Made by a program: the position numbers and the translations under genes. From a virus: DNA of 64,000 nt. Below are positions 54,394 through 62,085 of the stretch, one piece after another (position 1 is the stretch's first letter; every line of letters begins with the position of its first letter). The stretch covers positions 26,579 through 90,578 of the IMG/VR virus record IMGVR_UViG_3300050505_000421, one strand, 5' to 3'. The notes beneath the pieces are model-generated. The model ran no database searches. It had not been told where the DNA came from and was given only the letters and a program-made list of their open reading frames with translations.

Positions 54394-56190
54394 ATGAGCG
54401 ATCGAGTTGACTATTTTTTCGGCCAGCTTGTGACTGAGGCAGAGCTCGACTTCGCACAGTCGCAGCTCGAAGCCGCCGATCGCAACTACGCGCTGGACAC
54501 CGACGCGGCTCTGGTAGACCTCTCGGCCTCCCCGAACATCGACGGCGGCATTCACAAGGCGATGGCCACTTCGTTCGTGGGCTTCACGGTGACCGTGACT
54601 GGTCCTGGTGTGGCCTACGACCACCTTGGTCGGCGCATCCCGCTCGCGGCGAACACGGACGTATCCATCACAGCGACCGGCGAAACGGCGATCGGAGCCG
54701 GTGGAACGCCGACGGGGGGCTCGGCCACGGATCCCGGCGTTGGACTCGAGCGCTGGATCTCCCTCTTCGTTCGATTCGACCGCCTCCTGTCCGACCCGCG
54801 CGTGGACGCGAACAGTGTCCCGATCAACTTCCAGCAGGCAGAGAGCTTCGTCTTCAAGGTCACGATGGGCACGGCGGCGGGGAGTCCGACGAAGCCCCCG
54901 CTCGAGTCCGGCATGCTCCTACTGGCCGACTTCCGCCGGTCGGACGCGGCGATTCTTCAGATGGACCTCACGCGGCGCCACGATTGGCTCGTGCGTGAGG
55001 ACGGTACGACGTACCCCGTTCACACCATGCGGATGGGGAACGCGCGTGCAGCCATTGCGAAGGTGCTCGAGTTGATCGACAAGCACGTCGCAGGGACAGC
55101 GGACCTGCACGCGGCAGCGGCCATCAACTACGCCGGCGGTGGCACCTGGGCAGACGCTACGACCAACCCCGCGACGACGGTCGAAGCGCAACTCGACAAG
55201 GTCATCTCGGATCTCGCTTCGACCGGTGGCAGCGACGGCACCGCGAAGATCGGCGGTAAGGCGACGACGGGCTCATTGAACACAACGACCGGCGCCACCT
55301 CGACGACTGCCACGACGCTGTTCGCACAGATCGGACAACTCTTGGCCGGCATCAACGGCCGCCTACAGCGCGGCGGCGATTCCATGGCCGGCAACATCAC
55401 GACCGACGGTACGACACGGAACCTCGGCGCGACCGGCGCCGCGGGAAACCGCTTCAACATCTTCGGGAACAACCTCAACGTGCTCGCAGTGAGTGCCGAC
55501 ATCCCGACGGACGGAACGGCTCGCGCTCTCGGCGCGACGGGGGCGGCAGGAAACCGCTTCGGTATCTTCGCGAATGCGATCGACGCTGCTGGCGACGTGC
55601 TCCCGGAAGCGGATGGCACACGGAACCTGGGTTCCGGCGCCAAGTCTTGGGCGAACGTGGTCTCGGTCGGCTTCCAGTACGACCCCGTTCTCACCAAGGT
55701 CTGTTCGGTTGGATCCATCAACGGGCGCCCTCAGATCGATGCTGCTGGTGTGAGTGACTGGGTCGCCCCTGCCATTCTCACCACGGATACGACGCGGCAG
55801 CACTGGCGGACAACGTCAGCCCTCGGCGCCGGGACCAAGGGCGGTACGCTGAGCATCCCAATCAGCAGCCTTCCGGACAGCGCTACGATCACCGGCATCA
55901 GCGTCGTTTGGATTGGTCAGGGCGGTGGTTCGCCGGACACCCTGTTCTACGGTGCCTGGCTCGAGGCCAACGGTACGAGCAACACACGGTCCGCGATCGG
56001 GACGGCGAGCTCCACGGCGGGGACTGCGGCCATCGTCTCCACGTCCATCTTCAGCGGATCCGTGTCCTACGACCGCGACGCCGTCTCCATCATCGTAGAT
56101 TTGCAGGTCAGCCAAGCCGGCGCGGGTGCTGCCGACGTACGCGTCTACTGCGTCAACGTCACCTACACCACCGCCTCTCCGCAGGTGTAA
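54394..56190 (+). CDS. baseplate-anchored tail fibre protein
   Basis: DRVDYFFGQLVTEAEL N-terminus; three ~34-aa DGT.RNLG repeats; beta-sandwich C-terminus. Confidence 0.8.
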   Translation: MSDRVDYFFGQLVTEAELDFAQSQLEAADRNYALDTDAALVDLSASPNIDGGIHKAMATSFVGFTVTVTGPGVAYDHLGRRIPLAANTDVSITATGETAIGAGGTPTGGSATDPGVGLERWISLFVRFDRLLSDPRVDANSVPINFQQAESFVFKVTMGTAAGSPTKPPLESGMLLLADFRRSDAAILQMDLTRRHDWLVREDGTTYPVHTMRMGNARAAIAKVLELIDKHVAGTADLHAAAAINYAGGGTWADATTNPATTVEAQLDKVISDLASTGGSDGTAKIGGKATTGSLNTTTGATSTTATTLFAQIGQLLAGINGRLQRGGDSMAGNITTDGTTRNLGATGAAGNRFNIFGNNLNVLAVSADIPTDGTARALGATGAAGNRFGIFANAIDAAGDVLPEADGTRNLGSGAKSWANVVSVGFQYDPVLTKVCSVGSINGRPQIDAAGVSDWVAPAILTTDTTRQHWRTTSALGAGTKGGTLSIPISSLPDSATITGISVVWIGQGGGSPDTLFYGAWLEANGTSNTRSAIGTASSTAGTAAIVSTSIFSGSVSYDRDAVSIIVDLQVSQAGAGAADVRVYCVNVTYTTASPQV

Positions 56191-56194
56191 GGCC

Positions 56195-56235
56195 TTTCTT
56201 CCTTGTGTTTGGGCTAACCAAGCACAAGGAAGAAA
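56195..56235. terminator. motif A/B hairpin between convergent genes; probable bidirectional terminator
   Basis: TTTCTTCCTTGTGTTTGG-GCTAA-CCAAGCACAAGGAAGAAA, 18-bp stem with one G:U; no U tract. Confidence 0.6.
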
Positions 56236-56238
56236 GAT

Positions 56239-56901
56239 TCAAACCCCACGGACGAGGAGCCCGGCGAGATCGCGGTGGTCGGCGCCGATCGTTGAGGAGG
56301 TAACACTGGAAGTTCTCTGCCAGTGAATCTCGACGAGGTCGCCTTCAACGAGGTCTGGAGTTGTGTAGTTGATGGAGACGTTAACGGCTTCGACATCGTC
56401 CGTTCCAGTTGGGTACCGCTTGGTCTTTATGTCGCCGTTGATTCTGAGTGTTACCGTGGCGAGAACACGCTTCCCGAGTTCGAGTGCGTAGACGGACGTA
56501 GAGAAACTGAAGTTCCATTTCCCGGCACCGTTCGCGGGAATGGTCAATTGCATTCCAGGGATGAGCTCGTCTGTGAATACAGCTACATTCGTAACTGCGT
56601 CCTCGGCGTGCACATTCAAACTGACGGGGGCCGCGTCGAATTCGCCTCCGATAGCGCGAATGAGCGAGTCGAGGAAACCCGGCACATGGTAGGCCGCGCC
56701 TGTCGTCTTTCGGTCGCCTCGAACGATGATCGGTGCGCCGGGTGTGCCGATGCCTGTTTGAAGGTCCGGATCTCCACTCGCGTCCGCGATGGCCTGCAGG
56801 CGCGCTTTGATGGCGTCGCTCGTGCTCATGTCTTCCGGAGGCGGAGGGCCGCCTGAAGTTGTGTCGCCGGGCCAGTAACCAAGCGGCCAGTAGCCTGCCA
56901 T
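56239..56901 (-). CDS. structural protein with C-terminal beta-sandwich
   Basis: ORF in coupled minus-strand run. Confidence 0.7.
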   Translation of the reverse strand: MAGYWPLGYWPGDTTSGGPPPPEDMSTSDAIKARLQAIADASGDPDLQTGIGTPGAPIIVRGDRKTTGAAYHVPGFLDSLIRAIGGEFDAAPVSLNVHAEDAVTNVAVFTDELIPGMQLTIPANGAGKWNFSFSTSVYALELGKRVLATVTLRINGDIKTKRYPTGTDDVEAVNVSINYTTPDLVEGDLVEIHWQRTSSVTSSTIGADHRDLAGLLVRGV

Positions 56902-56907
56902 TGTTGT

Positions 56908-58026
56908 TTAGCTTCCATTCAGTACGATGGCGGTGCGGTTTCCAGTCGCTGTATCCACCGTGGCTGTGATTCGATTCGTTGTTCCGTTGCGCGCCTTGAA
57001 GTGAATCGTGGTCGTGGTCCCACCGTCCGACACTCCTGCGAGTGCAGCCAGGATGATTCGCATGAACTCCGCGAATGTTTTACTGTCCTCGAGCACGAAT
57101 GCAAACACAGCGGAGGCAATCGCAGCGAGTGCGTCGACGGCGAGTGCGTCTGCGTCTACGGCTCCAGTCGCGATGCTCGCAGCAGTGATGCCGCCTGCGG
57201 CTACAGACCCAACGCTTCCGGTCACGCTGGCGACGCTGCCCGTGACCGATCCCTGCACGCTCGCGACGCCCTGCCCGAAGCTGCCTGCCGTGACGTGGCC
57301 GGCTCGCGCCTCGTCCCACACCTTGTCGGCGATCGTGTCCTCTTCACCAGACGTCAGGGCATAGCCGGTCTTGTCCCCGACGACCTGTGCGTTCGCGTCC
57401 ACTCGGTTCGAGATGAGTGCGTTCGGTGTTCCGCCGGCGTTGTCCGTCAGCCAGCGGAGCAGCATCGACTGCACGTAACCGTTCGTCGTGAGGGCCGCTG
57501 GCGCAGCTGCAAGCCAGAGCTTCACGTCGCTCGGGACCTTACCGGAAGAGAGAGCGTCAGGAGCAGCGGTGAGCCAGAGCTTGATGTCAGCGGGGACTTT
57601 ACCGGAGGAGAGCGCGTCTGGCGTCACGGTGAGCCACTTGTTCACATTGACGTTCTGGTCCGCGGTGATCTCCACGCCGCCGGTGGCGTCCACGTCGATC
57701 CCGCGGCCCGAGACGTTTGGGTAAGCAAGGTCGTCTTCTAGGCGCGCATGAACACGGAATTGGAGGTTGATCTGCTTCGTCCCGGGCGCGGAGAACGACA
57801 GGGAAAGGATTCCGAGCGTGTCCGTATGCGAACTGGAGAGGGTGATTCCGTACCAACCCAGGCTGGCCTCCGTCACAGTGACCGTCATTGCGTTGATTGT
57901 GGTGGATCCGCCCTTGCTGATGCTCTTCGTCCAATCGCCTGTCACGAGGTCCGTGACCGGGTCGCCGTTCGCGTCGTACGCAAAGAACAGCACATCCAAG
58001 GCCGTCGATTGCTTGAGGGGATACAT
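56908..58026 (-). CDS. virion structural protein with 20-aa repeats
   Basis: KLWLTAAPDALSSGKVP repeats; C-terminal ILAALAG...NRITATVD..GNRT. Confidence 0.8.
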   Translation of the reverse strand: MYPLKQSTALDVLFFAYDANGDPVTDLVTGDWTKSISKGGSTTINAMTVTVTEASLGWYGITLSSSHTDTLGILSLSFSAPGTKQINLQFRVHARLEDDLAYPNVSGRGIDVDATGGVEITADQNVNVNKWLTVTPDALSSGKVPADIKLWLTAAPDALSSGKVPSDVKLWLAAAPAALTTNGYVQSMLLRWLTDNAGGTPNALISNRVDANAQVVGDKTGYALTSGEEDTIADKVWDEARAGHVTAGSFGQGVASVQGSVTGSVASVTGSVGSVAAGGITAASIATGAVDADALAVDALAAIASAVFAFVLEDSKTFAEFMRIILAALAGVSDGGTTTTIHFKARNGTTNRITATVDTATGNRTAIVLNGS

Positions 58027-58029
58027 GGC

Positions 58030-58239
58030 TCAGAACACCCTGTCCCAGACGCGGCCGAAAACGTGGGCGAATATGGCGCGCGCCTGTTGTCCCACGCCGA
58101 TTGGGCTCTTGAGTGGAAGCTGCCACTTCGTCTCGCCTGTACTCGGCAGCGATTCCGTATCGCTGTAGACACGGGTATTCAACTGGTCATGCATTCCCAT
58201 GTGCATTAGGGATGGACCCGGGCCGGCGAACTTGATCAT
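58030..58239 (-). CDS. hypothetical protein
   Basis: ATGA overlap with upstream stop. Confidence 0.55.
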   Translation of the reverse strand: MIKFAGPGPSLMHMGMHDQLNTRVYSDTESLPSTGETKWQLPLKSPIGVGQQARAIFAHVFGRVWDRVF

Positions 58240-59405
58240 GACCACACCACCTCTCCGCCGCCCGTCAACGTGAACGGGAGCGCGGCCGGTCCCCACGCAA
58301 TCATCGAGAGACAAGCGCCGTCGAGAATACGCTCTCCGGAAGCGACTCCGATGATCGTGTCCATCATTGTCGGATCGTGTGCGATCGGCAGGGGGAGAAT
58401 TGCCAGGGGCCGCGCGAGCACCCAAGTGATTGTACCCGTATTGTTCGCGCTGAACGTGCGGTTGTCGATCAACTGGACGCCGCAGTCCCCAACCGCGAGC
58501 GGGAGGAACGGCCCCCAGACGAGCGTGGCGGCTGCGGTGCAAGGCGCGATTATCCGGGCGCCGATCGTCGTCGTCGGTGTGGCAGCAGCCGTGATTGTGG
58601 CCACTGTCGGAGTCGTCGGCATGGACTGCAGCGTGTTTCCGTCCTGATCCGTATACTGGAATTGCGTTAGGTTAGCCGCAGTAGCACCCGTCAGAGATTC
58701 AACGCAGACCATCGGCTTCAGGCCGTCGCCGGTCGCTGTCCCGGCTGTTCCGAGATAGCGTGCGGCCGGTAGCGTGTTCGTCATGACGACGTTTGCGTTG
58801 GTAATCGTTCCCGCTTCGTACGTTAAGACTCGATCGTAGAGGATGATCGTCGTGAAGGAGTTGCCGGCAGCACCGCTGGAGTCGGTGAGCCCGCCCCAAA
58901 AGAAGGACAAGTGTTTTGTCTCGGCGCTCTTGTTCCCGTCGTGCCAGATCGCGCCGGCTTCTGTATCATCGTGGGGCTTCGCCGTGTGTGCCGTCCCGCC
59001 GTACGCGCCCGCGCCGGGCGCTCCGCCAACCGGCCAGAGGTCGTACCAGTTGCCCGTCGTCGTGGTCCCGGTCGCCGTCTTCTGAAACTGGAACGGGAAG
59101 CGCTTGCCCTGGCGCTGCGCCTTGCGAACGCTCTCGTAGGTTGGGAACCCCGCGAGGTCCAGGGTCGGCCGCCGTCGCTCGCCGGGCATCTCGCGCCGCC
59201 ACCAGACACCGCGCCCGGGCATCCACCAGGGATCGGAGAACACCCACCCGAGCCGCTGCCCGCCGTGGAACACCGGCACGGGCGCCTGGTCGAGCCCGGC
59301 GCCGGCGAGAAGCGCCGCGCGCCACGCCCGGTCCTCTGCGCTCGGTCCGCCGCGCGACTTCCGCGGGAGCCCGACGAGGGCGGGGGCCTGTGCCTCGACC
59401 TGCAT
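58236..59405 (-). CDS. virion structural protein, paralog 2 (389 aa)
   Basis: TGATG overlap; aligns end to end with 59800-60969. Confidence 0.8.
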   Translation of the reverse strand: MQVEAQAPALVGLPRKSRGGPSAEDRAWRAALLAGAGLDQAPVPVFHGGQRLGWVFSDPWWMPGRGVWWRREMPGERRRPTLDLAGFPTYESVRKAQRQGKRFPFQFQKTATGTTTTGNWYDLWPVGGAPGAGAYGGTAHTAKPHDDTEAGAIWHDGNKSAETKHLSFFWGGLTDSSGAAGNSFTTIILYDRVLTYEAGTITNANVVMTNTLPAARYLGTAGTATGDGLKPMVCVESLTGATAANLTQFQYTDQDGNTLQSMPTTPTVATITAAATPTTTIGARIIAPCTAAATLVWGPFLPLAVGDCGVQLIDNRTFSANNTGTITWVLARPLAILPLPIAHDPTMMDTIIGVASGERILDGACLSMIAWGPAALPFTLTGGGEVVWS

Positions 59406-59797
59406 CAGGCGGCGTCCCCGTCGCGCACGAAGCCGTGCCAGTTGCAGCCACCCACCAGTTGGACGGACGCCGCGTCCGGTCCAACGAACGTCAGGTCGTC
59501 GATGCCGGTCCCGGCCGGGCGCCAGCGTCCAGGTTTCGGCTGCGTGTCGTCTGGAACACCGCGGTCGGCGAACCAGCAGATCACCGCGTGGACGCCAACG
59601 TTCGAGCGCCCGTTCGCCTCGAAACACTTTGGGCAGAGGAACCAAAGCCCCTGGGCCTCGGAGAGGTTCTCCACCGGCACGTAGCGCTGCCTGGGTCCCG
59701 TGATCTCCTCACGATCACCGTCCGGACGAACGCGCACCCACGTCGTGATGTACTCCTCGATTCGGTAGAAATGGGCTTCGAGATCGCGTAGTCGCAT
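59405..59797 (-). CDS. DUF6527-like Cys/His protein
   Basis: FLCPKC...W...DLTF...GGCNWHGFVRDG. Confidence 0.6.
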   Translation of the reverse strand: MRLRDLEAHFYRIEEYITTWVRVRPDGDREEITGPRQRYVPVENLSEAQGLWFLCPKCFEANGRSNVGVHAVICWFADRGVPDDTQPKPGRWRPAGTGIDDLTFVGPDAASVQLVGGCNWHGFVRDGDAA

Positions 59798-59799
59798 CG

Positions 59800-60969
59800 T
59801 CAGCTCCACGCCACGGAGCCGCCGCCGTTCGCGGTGAACGCCGTCGTCGTCGGGACGAACGCGTAGAGCGCGAGCGCGGCGCCGTCGATGATGCGCTCGA
59901 GGGAGGTGACCCCGTGTACTGAGTTGATCACTGTGGAGTCCCCCGCCGTCGGGCACGGGATCACAGCAAGCGGGCGCGCCAGGATCCACGTGATGGTCCC
60001 CGTGTTGTTCGCGCTCCACGTGCGGTTGTCGATCAGGAACACGCCTCCGTCGCCGACGGCCAGCGGGATGAACGCGCCCCACGGGAGCGTCGCCCCCGAC
60101 GTTGCGGGACATACCACACGTGCCCCAATCGTCGCCGTCGCCGCTGTTGCTGCTGTGATGTGGGAAACAGTCGGCGTCGTGGGCATCGACTGAAGGGTGT
60201 TTCCTGATTGATCCGTATACTGAAATTGCGTTAGGTTCGATCCGGTAGCACCAAGGTTCGTCTCGACGCAACACATTGGCTTCATCCCGCCACCCGTGGC
60301 GGTACCTTCCGTGCCGAGGTACCGAGTGGCTGGCAGTGTGTTGGTCAAAACAACGTTGACGTTCGAGATCGTCGAGGCCTCGTACGTGAGGACGCGGTCG
60401 TAGAGCACGATCGTCGGGTTCTGCGCGCTGCACATCCCCCAGACCATCGTGAGGTGCTTCGTCGCCGTGCTCTTGTTCCCACCATGCCAGATCGTCCCCG
60501 CCGTTGTGTCATCGATCGGCTTGGCGGTGTGCGCCGTCCCGCCGAACACCCCGGGGTTCTGGCCCGACGCCCAGAGATCGTAGAAGTTCCCGGCGAGGGA
60601 GGCCGTCGTTTGAGTCTTCGACCACGGCCCGAAGTTGAACTTCTTACCCGTGGTATTCGCTTCCACGATTTTATCGAACGTCGGGAAGCCGGCGAGGTCC
60701 ATCGTCGGCTTGCGGCGCTCGCCCGGGAACTCGGGACGCCACCAGACGCCGCGCGCCGGCGCCCACCACGGGTCCGAGATCACCCAACCAATCCTTCGGC
60801 CGTCGAGGTAGACCGGAAGCGGCCACTGGTCGCAACCGCGGGCAGCGGCGAGCGCCCCACGCCAGGCTGTGTCCTGCTCACTCGGGGACGATCGCGACTT
60901 TCGAGCGAGTCCGATCAAACCCGGAGCCTTGGACTCCACACCCACATCGACTGTGTTGAATCCGGCCAT
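59800..60969 (-). CDS. virion structural protein, paralog 1 (389 aa)
   Basis: AG.FYDLW...LYDRVL...QYTDQSGN motifs; paralog of 58236-59405. Confidence 0.8.
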   Translation of the reverse strand: MAGFNTVDVGVESKAPGLIGLARKSRSSPSEQDTAWRGALAAARGCDQWPLPVYLDGRRIGWVISDPWWAPARGVWWRPEFPGERRKPTMDLAGFPTFDKIVEANTTGKKFNFGPWSKTQTTASLAGNFYDLWASGQNPGVFGGTAHTAKPIDDTTAGTIWHGGNKSTATKHLTMVWGMCSAQNPTIVLYDRVLTYEASTISNVNVVLTNTLPATRYLGTEGTATGGGMKPMCCVETNLGATGSNLTQFQYTDQSGNTLQSMPTTPTVSHITAATAATATIGARVVCPATSGATLPWGAFIPLAVGDGGVFLIDNRTWSANNTGTITWILARPLAVIPCPTAGDSTVINSVHGVTSLERIIDGAALALYAFVPTTTAFTANGGGSVAWS

Positions 60970-60981
60970 GCGATCTCCAGT

Positions 60982-61248
60982 CTACTGCGGCGGCGTGCGG
61001 TGGCGCCAGCCAGGAATGGACGGAGCAACGGCGGAATCACGTGTCCCGTACAGAACAAGCTCTGGAATAGCGGCGGCCGTCCAACTGCACGCGCGTACCG
61101 CCAAGCCGAGCTCGCCTGCGCGGCGAACAGCCTTCGCCTTCAAGTCTTCCCGGTCCCTGCCCTGCGTGTCACGAACCTCGACCGTCTTCGTGACCTGCGA
61201 GCGCCCATCAACTCGAGCGACTTCGAAGATCTTCACTTTTGCTTGCAT
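60982..61248 (-). CDS. hypothetical protein
   Basis: Fills gap in minus-strand run. Confidence 0.6.
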   Translation of the reverse strand: MQAKVKIFEVARVDGRSQVTKTVEVRDTQGRDREDLKAKAVRRAGELGLAVRACSWTAAAIPELVLYGTRDSAVAPSIPGWRHRTPPQ

Positions 61249-61251
61249 GAC

Positions 61252-61581
61252 TCAGCCCTTCCTGAAACCGGGACAGTCTTCGTAGGCTGTGACCTTTGTG
61301 CGCGCAGCCAGGACGTAGGGACAAAGAGCGCGCTCTCCGATAGGCGGTACAGCGAGACCGTTCTGCGCGCCCCACTTGCGCAACCAACTGCAGGATCCGT
61401 CGTCCCCAAGACGCTGGCAAAGACGGCGCACCGGCATCTGTTCTCTGATCTCGTTCAGTAGTTTCTGGCTCGGGATGATACCCTGCGCCCATAAAGCTAA
61501 GGCGCGGTCGACAAGGCGCCGGCCTTGCCCGTCCGCCCGGCACTTCCCCCGGGCGTCCTGAAGCCACTCCACCAGTTCCAT
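61252..61581 (-). CDS. hypothetical Cys-containing protein
   Basis: MELVEWL...; upstream part of the track ORF overlaps a plus-strand gene so start placed at 61581 (uncertain). Confidence 0.55.
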   Translation of the reverse strand: MELVEWLQDARGKCRADGQGRRLVDRALALWAQGIIPSQKLLNEIREQMPVRRLCQRLGDDGSCSWLRKWGAQNGLAVPPIGERALCPYVLAARTKVTAYEDCPGFRKG

Positions 61582-61598
61582 CGAACGCAGGATAGCAT

Positions 61599-61615
61599 CT
61601 CTTTCCTTGTGTTTG
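61599..61615 (+). repeat. 17-bp element (2 mismatches); reads as B for the minus-strand block
   Basis: CTCTTTCCTTGTGTTTG; minus strand CAAACACAAGGAAAGAG upstream of first minus-strand gene. Confidence 0.85.
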
Positions 61616-61630
61616 AAATAGTTGTCCGCC

Positions 61631-61659
61631 TTGACGGCGTTCGCAGGGCACGGTAGGGT
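61631..61659 (+). promoter_or_regulatory. sigma70-like promoter, leaderless
   Basis: TTGACG-N17-TAGGGT, ATG 61666 follows after 6 nt, no SD. Confidence 0.55.
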
Positions 61660-61665
61660 TTCGGC

Positions 61666-62082
61666 ATGGGCATGGTCATTCCGTACTCTGGCGTGATTGC
61701 TATCGAACAGGTGATCACAGCCGGCAGCCAATTCACCGGAGCCGCTCCGAATACGACGGCAACAGCGGTCAACGGCGTATGGACCTACCCAACAGCTACG
61801 GCAGGAGGCCTCTTCGACTTCGCGCAAGTGACGGCGATCGAAGTGCTTGGTTTGATGATCACGTTCGGAGGTCAGTCGTCTTGGACGCTGAAACACGTTT
61901 GTGCAAACACCGGGAAGTACCTCATTCGATCGGGCGCGGGCGACACGGATCTTTACATCACAGCGGACACCAAGTGGAAGCTTATGCCGGGAGATAAGCT
62001 GGAGCTCATCACTACTGGTGCTACCACAGCGATGAAGGCCCGCGTGCTGGTGCGTCGTGAGGACACAGGGGACGGGAACTAG
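61666..62082 (+). CDS. structural protein
   Basis: Thr/Ala/Gly-rich beta-type ORF. Confidence 0.7.
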   Translation: MGMVIPYSGVIAIEQVITAGSQFTGAAPNTTATAVNGVWTYPTATAGGLFDFAQVTAIEVLGLMITFGGQSSWTLKHVCANTGKYLIRSGAGDTDLYITADTKWKLMPGDKLELITTGATTAMKARVLVRREDTGDGN

Positions 62083-62085
62083 GAC

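Noticed and set aside
58236-60969. Paralog pair as DGR template/variable repeats
   Set aside because: In the segments compared, differences involve all bases and mostly third codon positions, both copies are full ORFs, and no reverse transcriptase is in the window.
202-61615. 17-bp element as a CRISPR repeat
   Set aside because: Copies are kilobases apart, in both orientations, with no regular spacers and no cas genes.
61582-61896. N-terminal extension of the 214-aa minus-strand ORF
   Set aside because: Overlaps the plus-strand gene 61666 and its promoter; start more likely at or near 61581.
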